A stretch of DNA of 64,000 bases from Pseudomonadota bacterium (lineage in GTDB: Bacteria; Myxococcota_A; UBA9160; SZUA-336): contig QJZC01000004.1 of NCBI GenBank assembly GCA_003247575.1, positions 3,103-67,102 of the forward strand, read 5' to 3'. Each line of letters starts with the position of its first letter. The stretch's first letter is position 1. The notes under the pieces are model-generated. The model was not told the DNA's origin. It saw only the letters and a list, made by a program, of their open reading frames with translations, and ran no database searches. Below are positions 58,746 through 64,000 of this stretch, piece by piece. The position numbers and the translations under genes were made by a program.

Positions 58746-59756
58746 ATGCAACAAGAGCGCAGTTCAATACATCCGCGTGTGTGCCCGCTTCGCGTCGGAG
58801 GGGTCACGCTCGCTCGTAACCTTCTGCTGGCGCCCATGGCGGGTGTGACCAACCTGCCGTTTCGGTTGATCGCGCGCGAGACGGGTGCATCGCTCGTCTT
58901 CACCGAGACCGTTTCGGCAAAGGGATTGGTCCGCGGGGGCAAGAAGAGCTGGGGGCTCGTGGAGACGGCTCCGGGCTCCGAGCCGCTGGCCTATCAACTG
59001 TTCGGTCGCGAGCCCGAGTTCGTCGGGGAGGCGACGCGGCTGCTGGCCGATCGCGGTGCAGAATTCGTAGATCTCAATCTGGGGTGTCCGGTGAAGAAGT
59101 TCCTGAAGCATGGGGCGGGTGCTTGCCTGTTGCGCGAGCCCGAGGCGATCGCGCCGATCGTGCGCGCGATGCGCAAGGCGCTGCCCCAGGGCGTGCTCTC
59201 GGTGAAGATCCGCCTGGGCTGGGACTCGCGCTCGATCAACGCACCCACGGTCGCGCGCCTCGTGGAGTCGGAGGGCGTGGACTTCGTGAGCGTCCACGGT
59301 CGTACGCGCGCGCAGCTGTACCGCGGCAGAGCCGATCGCGGGCGCATCGCCGAGGTCGTCGAGGCGGTGAGCATCCCCGTGATCGCCAACGGGGACATCG
59401 TGATTGCGCAGGATGCGCTGGACATGCTCGATGAGACCGGAGCCGCCGGAGTCATGATCGGCCGCGGCGCCCTGAACAACCCGTGGATCTTCTCCCAGAT
59501 CGCGGAACTGGCCGAGGGCCGCCCAGCACCGGAGCCCTCTGTGGGGCAGCGCGCCGAGCTCGTCGAGCGCCATCTGGAACTGATGCTCGGGTACTTCCCG
59601 GAAGACGCCTCGGCCGTTCACATGCTCAAGAAGTACCTGTCCGCGTACTCGACTGGGCTGCCCGGTGCGCACGCGTTTCGCGATCGAGTCAACCGCGCGC
59701 AGCAGCTCGACGCCGTCCTGGCGGATGCGCGCGACTTCTTTCGGGTGGCCGCATGA
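58746..59756 (+). CDS. dusB: tRNA-dihydrouridine synthase B (NifR3)
   Basis: LAPMAGVT, DLNLGCP, KIRLGW, VHGRT, ANGDI, GVMIGRG. Confidence 0.94.
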   Translation: MQQERSSIHPRVCPLRVGGVTLARNLLLAPMAGVTNLPFRLIARETGASLVFTETVSAKGLVRGGKKSWGLVETAPGSEPLAYQLFGREPEFVGEATRLLADRGAEFVDLNLGCPVKKFLKHGAGACLLREPEAIAPIVRAMRKALPQGVLSVKIRLGWDSRSINAPTVARLVESEGVDFVSVHGRTRAQLYRGRADRGRIAEVVEAVSIPVIANGDIVIAQDALDMLDETGAAGVMIGRGALNNPWIFSQIAELAEGRPAPEPSVGQRAELVERHLELMLGYFPEDASAVHMLKKYLSAYSTGLPGAHAFRDRVNRAQQLDAVLADARDFFRVAA

Positions 59757-60832
59757 GGATATCGCTCGATCGGATGGCCGCTGCGCTCGATGCCGTTCGC
59801 GTCGGGATTCTCGCGCTCGATGGAGAGGGGCGTGTGGAGTTCCAGAACTCGGAGACGAGCCGCATCTTGGGTCTCTCGTCGGGCACCTCTACCGGGCGGT
59901 CGCTGACGAAGCTCCTCGGCGACACACACCCCGCGGTGTCGCTCGTAGGTGAGGTGCTGAAGTCGGGACGCGAGAAGGCTCAGAACGCCTGCATGCTCCC
60001 TTCGCAGACCGAGGAGCGCCCGCTGTGGGTCGACATGATCGCCTCGCCGGCGGTGGACGGTGGCCGGGGCTGCGTGCTGACCCTGCACGATCGCACCATC
60101 GGCCAGGAGCTCGAGGCGCTCGTCGCTCAGCGCACGAGCGACCGGCTGTTCCAGCACCTGGCGGCCGGGATCGCCCATGAGATTCGCAATCCCCTCTCCG
60201 GTATCAGTGGTGCCGCCCAGCTACTGCAGCAGCGTCTCTCCGAGCCCGCGCTGCGCCGCTATCCCGATCTGATCGCGGAGGAGATCGACCGCATTCGTCG
60301 CTTGCTGGACGACCTGGCCCAGTTGACCTGGGGGCGTGAGGACGAGCGTCGCATGGTCAACCTGCACCAGGTGCTCGATCACATCCTCGAGCTGCAGATG
60401 TCGGCCAGTGGCGACGAGCGCCCCCACATCGTGCGGGAGTACGATCCGAGCTTGCCCGAGCTCTGGGTAGACCGCGATCGCATGACGCAGGTGTTCTTGA
60501 ATCTAGTGCGCAATGCGGTGCATGCGGCGGGTCCCGAGGGACGCGTGACCGTGCGGACGCGGATCGAGGCGCTGTTCCAGATCGCCGCCGAAGACGGCAC
60601 CCGCCACCGCATGGTTCGCATCGACGTCGAGGACTCGGGACCGGGTATCTCGGAAGAGGATCTGCCGCACATCTTCACGCCGTTCTTCACGACGAAACCG
60701 GATGGCACCGGATTGGGCTTGGCGATTGCTCAGCACTGGGTCGTACGTCACGGCGGCCGCATTCACGCCGCGCGTGGACACGCGGGAGGAGCGCGAATGC
60801 GCGTTCTGCTTCCCGTAGGGAGGGGTACATGA
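59753..60832 (+). CDS. ntrB: NtrB-like PAS histidine kinase
   Basis: PAS domain, AHEIRNPL, YDPSLP, NLVRNA, DSGPG, FFTTK, GTGLGL; lies between dusB and ntrC. Confidence 0.88.
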   Translation: MRISLDRMAAALDAVRVGILALDGEGRVEFQNSETSRILGLSSGTSTGRSLTKLLGDTHPAVSLVGEVLKSGREKAQNACMLPSQTEERPLWVDMIASPAVDGGRGCVLTLHDRTIGQELEALVAQRTSDRLFQHLAAGIAHEIRNPLSGISGAAQLLQQRLSEPALRRYPDLIAEEIDRIRRLLDDLAQLTWGREDERRMVNLHQVLDHILELQMSASGDERPHIVREYDPSLPELWVDRDRMTQVFLNLVRNAVHAAGPEGRVTVRTRIEALFQIAAEDGTRHRMVRIDVEDSGPGISEEDLPHIFTPFFTTKPDGTGLGLAIAQHWVVRHGGRIHAARGHAGGARMRVLLPVGRGT

Positions 60833-62277
60833 GTCGGATTCTGGTAGCGGACGACGAGAACTCGATCCGCTTCGTACTGCGCGAAGCACTGGAGGAGACC
60901 GGTGCCGAGGTGATCGAGGCGGTGAGCGGCGATGACGCGCGCAAGCGCTTGAGCGAGGAGCCCTTCGACTTCGCCTTTCTCGATATCCGGATGCCCGGGG
61001 CGAGCGGGCTCGAGCTGCTCGACGAGATCGCCGCGGCGGGTCCGAATGGTCCGGTCGTGATCATCATGACCGCTCAGAACACCTACGACAACGCCATCGA
61101 AGCGATGAAGCGTGGCGCCTTCGACTACCTGACGAAGCCGTTCGACCTGAAGCAGGTGCAGGCGCTGGTCGAGAAGGCGACGCGTTTGCGCAAGCTGCGC
61201 ACCGAGGTGGTCACCTTGCGCCGCAAGGTCGGTGAGATGTTCCGCGGCGGCGAGACGCTCGTGGGCACCAGCCCCGCCATGGTGGAGACCTTCAAGACCA
61301 TTGGTCGGGTGGCACAGAGTGAGGCCGCGGTCCTGGTCCGCGGGGAGAGTGGTACGGGCAAGGAACTGGTCGCGCGCGCGATCCACTATCATAGTCGTCG
61401 CCGCGACGGGCCCTTCATCGCAGTGAACATGTCCGCGATCCCCTCCGAGCTGATGGAGACGGAGCTGTTCGGACACGAGCGCGGCGCGTTCACCGGAGCT
61501 ACGGAGTCGCGCACGGGTCGTTTTCGCGATGCGGAGGGTGGAACGATTCTGCTCGACGAGATCGGCGACCTGAGTCTGCCGCTGCAGGCGAAGCTGCTGC
61601 GCGTGCTGCAGGAGCGGGAGGTGACCCCAGTCGGTGGTCGCCGGCCGATGCGGATCGACGTGCGCATCGTCGCGGCGACCCACAAGGATCTCGAGAGCCT
61701 GATCGAGTCGAACGACTTTCGCGAGGACCTGTACTTCCGGCTGAACGTGGTGCCGATCCGGATTCCCCCGCTACGCGAGCGCACGGAGGACATCCCCTCC
61801 CTCGTGCAGCACTTCGTCGAGCGCTTCTCGAGCGAGATCGGAGTTCCGCAGCGTTGGCCCACTGCTTCGGCGATCGATGCGCTGCGATCGCACGACTGGC
61901 CAGGCAACGTGCGCGAGCTCGAGAACGTGATCAAGCGCGCTCTCGTGCTCTCATCTGGAGACGTGATCACGGCCGAGGACGTGCAGATCGCGAGCGAGAG
62001 CTCGCGGGCGGGGGCGTCCGACTGGCCTTCGCTGGCGCGGAGCGAGTTCGCCGAATGGCTGGACGCGCGATCCGACGAGTGCGAGGAAGACGAAAAGGGG
62101 CCCTACTGGATCTTTGTCGAGCGGCTCGAGCGGTCGGTCATCTCCGAGGCGATGTTGCGCTCGGGGGGGAATCAGATCCAGGCGGCGCGCCTGCTCGGAA
62201 TCAACCGCAACACCTTGCGGAAGAAGCTCGCGGACCTCGAGATCGCCTTGCCCGGTGGGATCGGGGTCGGCCATTGA
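60829..62277 (+). CDS. ntrC: NtrC-like sigma54-dependent response regulator
   Basis: Receiver domain, GESGTGKE, GAFTGA, LDEIGD, FREDLYFRLNV, WPGNVREL, Fis-type HTH LGINRNTLRKK. Confidence 0.9.
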   Translation: MSRILVADDENSIRFVLREALEETGAEVIEAVSGDDARKRLSEEPFDFAFLDIRMPGASGLELLDEIAAAGPNGPVVIIMTAQNTYDNAIEAMKRGAFDYLTKPFDLKQVQALVEKATRLRKLRTEVVTLRRKVGEMFRGGETLVGTSPAMVETFKTIGRVAQSEAAVLVRGESGTGKELVARAIHYHSRRRDGPFIAVNMSAIPSELMETELFGHERGAFTGATESRTGRFRDAEGGTILLDEIGDLSLPLQAKLLRVLQEREVTPVGGRRPMRIDVRIVAATHKDLESLIESNDFREDLYFRLNVVPIRIPPLRERTEDIPSLVQHFVERFSSEIGVPQRWPTASAIDALRSHDWPGNVRELENVIKRALVLSSGDVITAEDVQIASESSRAGASDWPSLARSEFAEWLDARSDECEEDEKGPYWIFVERLERSVISEAMLRSGGNQIQAARLLGINRNTLRKKLADLEIALPGGIGVGH

Positions 62278-62954
62278 AGTCCCCTCGGCGAGGGGATCTG
62301 GCGCAGAGGCTCGCGGGACTCTACGTGATCGCCGACGACCTCCCGGGGCATCGCCACGATGTCCGACGCGTGGTCGAGACGGTATGCAAGCTGGCCGCGG
62401 AGATCGATTTGCACGTGCTCCAACTACGCATCAAGCACCTGCGAGACGGCGATGCGCTGGCCCTCGCGGACTGGGTCGTCGCGCGCGCGCACGCGGCGGA
62501 CGTGAGCGTGATCGTCAATGATCGTTTCGACCTGGCCTGCGCCAGTGGAGCCGACGGCGTCCATCTCGGCGCCGACGATCTACCCGTAGAGCGGATTCCG
62601 AGTGACCTGCGCGAACGGTTGATCGTCGGTCTGTCGACCCACACCTTGGATCAGGTTCGCGCCAGCTCGCAGCGCGGAGTCGACTACATCGGCTTCGGCC
62701 CGATCTTCGCCACGGGTTCCAAGGAGTCCGAGTACAGCCCGCGCGGCCCCGAGATGTTGGAGCGCGCAGTCGCTTTGGCGCAGGTGCCCGTGGTGGCGAT
62801 CGGTGGAATCGATGCGAGCCGCATTCGCGACGTGAAGCGCTGCGGCGCCACAGCGGCGGCGGTGATCTCCGCCGTGAGTGAGGCCGGCGACCCGGCGATG
62901 GCGCTGGTCGAACTGGCGCGCGCCCAGGCGGGACCTCGTCCGGGGACTTGCTAG
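62274..62954 (+). CDS. thiE: Thiamine-phosphate synthase
   Basis: QLRIK, IVNDR, GVHLGADD, GLSTH, GPIFATGSK, AIGGI. Confidence 0.94.
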   Translation: MKSPRRGDLAQRLAGLYVIADDLPGHRHDVRRVVETVCKLAAEIDLHVLQLRIKHLRDGDALALADWVVARAHAADVSVIVNDRFDLACASGADGVHLGADDLPVERIPSDLRERLIVGLSTHTLDQVRASSQRGVDYIGFGPIFATGSKESEYSPRGPEMLERAVALAQVPVVAIGGIDASRIRDVKRCGATAAAVISAVSEAGDPAMALVELARAQAGPRPGTC

Positions 62955-62988
62955 CATCTCGGCTCCGGCCAGCGTTAGAATCGAGCGC

Positions 62989-64000
62989 ATGCATCCACTC
63001 CAGGCCACCGCGGAGAAACCGAGTCTGAAAACTTCGACCTGCGCGGCGCGCATGAGCGGGAGCCCAACGAGTCGCGCTGGCGAAGCACGCAGCTGCGGCA
63101 CTCCGCCTTGGCGCTGGGCCCCGCGAAGTGGGGTCGGCTCTGGGGATACGGTCGGGTGGGGCAGGGTCAAGCCGTGGATCGGCCTGAGCCTGGTGCTCTG
63201 TGTCGGGCTCGTTTCCCTCTCCTGTGCGACGACTCCCGAGGGACAGGTCCGCAACGCAGCCCGGCTCGAGCGCGACGGCAAGCGCGACGAAGCGCGCGAT
63301 CTGCTCGAGAAGACGGTGAAGGAAGCCCCGGAGAACGTAGCGGTTCACGTGGCGCTCGGTGGGATCTATCTGAACCAGGCGCAGGAGGCACTCGGTAAGG
63401 ACGAGGAAGAGCCCTACGTGACCAACCTTGCGCTGTGTCAGCAGGAGGCCTTGCGGGCGTTGGAGCTCGACCCGGACTCGGCCCCCGCTCATACCTTGCT
63501 TGCCATCGTCGCGATCTATCGCGGGGACATCAAGGCGGCCGCTTCCGGCTTCAATCTGGCCGTTCAGCTCGATCCAGTGAACTGGCAGCACTACCTGAAT
63601 CTCGCCGAGATGGAGATCTATCGAGGCAACCTCAATCGCGCACGCCGCAACATTGACCTGGCCCGCCGCTTTCGTGCGCCGGCTGGGGAAGTGGAGCTCG
63701 TCGAGGTGCTGTGCGCTTGGAAGCTCGGTGACTTCACGGAAGCGCGCGACATCTTCGACGACGTCGCGCTCCTCGAACCGGAGGTGGCCCGTACTTGGAA
63801 CGGTGCCAGTGACATCCAGACCTTCGAGGACATGGCCGCCCACTGCTGCAAGCTCGAGTTCTGCGGTCCGTACATGCAGCGCGCCTGCAAGCAGATGGAT
63901 CAGCAGGCGGCCGAGCGGAAGCGCGCGGTCGAGACCGCCCGCAAGGAGCTCGAGCTCGAAGCCGAACGCCAGAGGCGCCTAAAGGATGTGTACCGCGATC
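62989..64000 (+). CDS. TPR-containing putative lipoprotein (3' end runs off the window)
   Basis: Absent from the ORF track; hand-translated frame gives LVLCVGLVSLSCATT then TPR motifs (ALELDPDSAPAHTLLA, AVQLDP). Start uncertain. Confidence 0.75.
   Translation, partial: MHPLQATAEKPSLKTSTCAARMSGSPTSRAGEARSCGTPPWRWAPRSGVGSGDTVGWGRVKPWIGLSLVLCVGLVSLSCATTPEGQVRNAARLERDGKRDEARDLLEKTVKEAPENVAVHVALGGIYLNQAQEALGKDEEEPYVTNLALCQQEALRALELDPDSAPAHTLLAIVAIYRGDIKAAASGFNLAVQLDPVNWQHYLNLAEMEIYRGNLNRARRNIDLARRFRAPAGEVELVEVLCAWKLGDFTEARDIFDDVALLEPEVARTWNGASDIQTFEDMAAHCCKLEFCGPYMQRACKQMDQQAAERKRAVETARKELELEAERQRRLKDVYRD

Noticed and set aside
109-63982. Hundreds of long overlapping or antisense ORFs in the track (e.g. 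1924-3030, 7222-8385, 18128-19462, 62515-63843)
   Set aside because: Arg/Ala/Pro-rich shadow frames of clear genes, expected from stop-codon scarcity in high-GC DNA.
1-64000. Mobile elements, prophage, tRNA or rRNA
   Set aside because: No transposase, integrase, phage structural gene or RNA-gene signature recognised by eye.

Overview
High-GC bacterial chromosomal window with about 45 CDS. Gene content suggests Myxococcota or a related deltaproteobacterium (inference). I saw no rRNA, tRNA, CRISPR array, prophage or IS element. Main blocks in order: a truncated pseudokinase-AAA gene; a fatty-acid desaturase; a co-directional DNA-repair run (dnaE2, 744-aa unknown, fxsA, addB, addA); divergent orphan cheY and soluble MCP; malY/patB and an acyl-CoA ligase; wHTH-STAND and AraC regulators; a full-length but motif-stripped indolepyruvate oxidoreductase homologue; a TtpC-type TonB operon; cysE; a solo RecB-type nuclease; gloB; a small orphan gene with a complete sigma54 promoter architecture; xre-fur-bfd-AGE epimerase; AsmA-like, rfaE2 and a moxR/Bat operon; an FHA-pseudocyclase; NUDIX, CGNR, trmL, mobA-moeA; dusB-ntrB-ntrC-thiE; and a truncated TPR lipoprotein. 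The most unusual signal is that three apparently catalytically dead enzymes (kinase, IOR, cyclase) share a sigma28/FliA-like promoter motif with cheY and the MCP. All calls come from manual motif reading without database searches, and start codons are best estimates.
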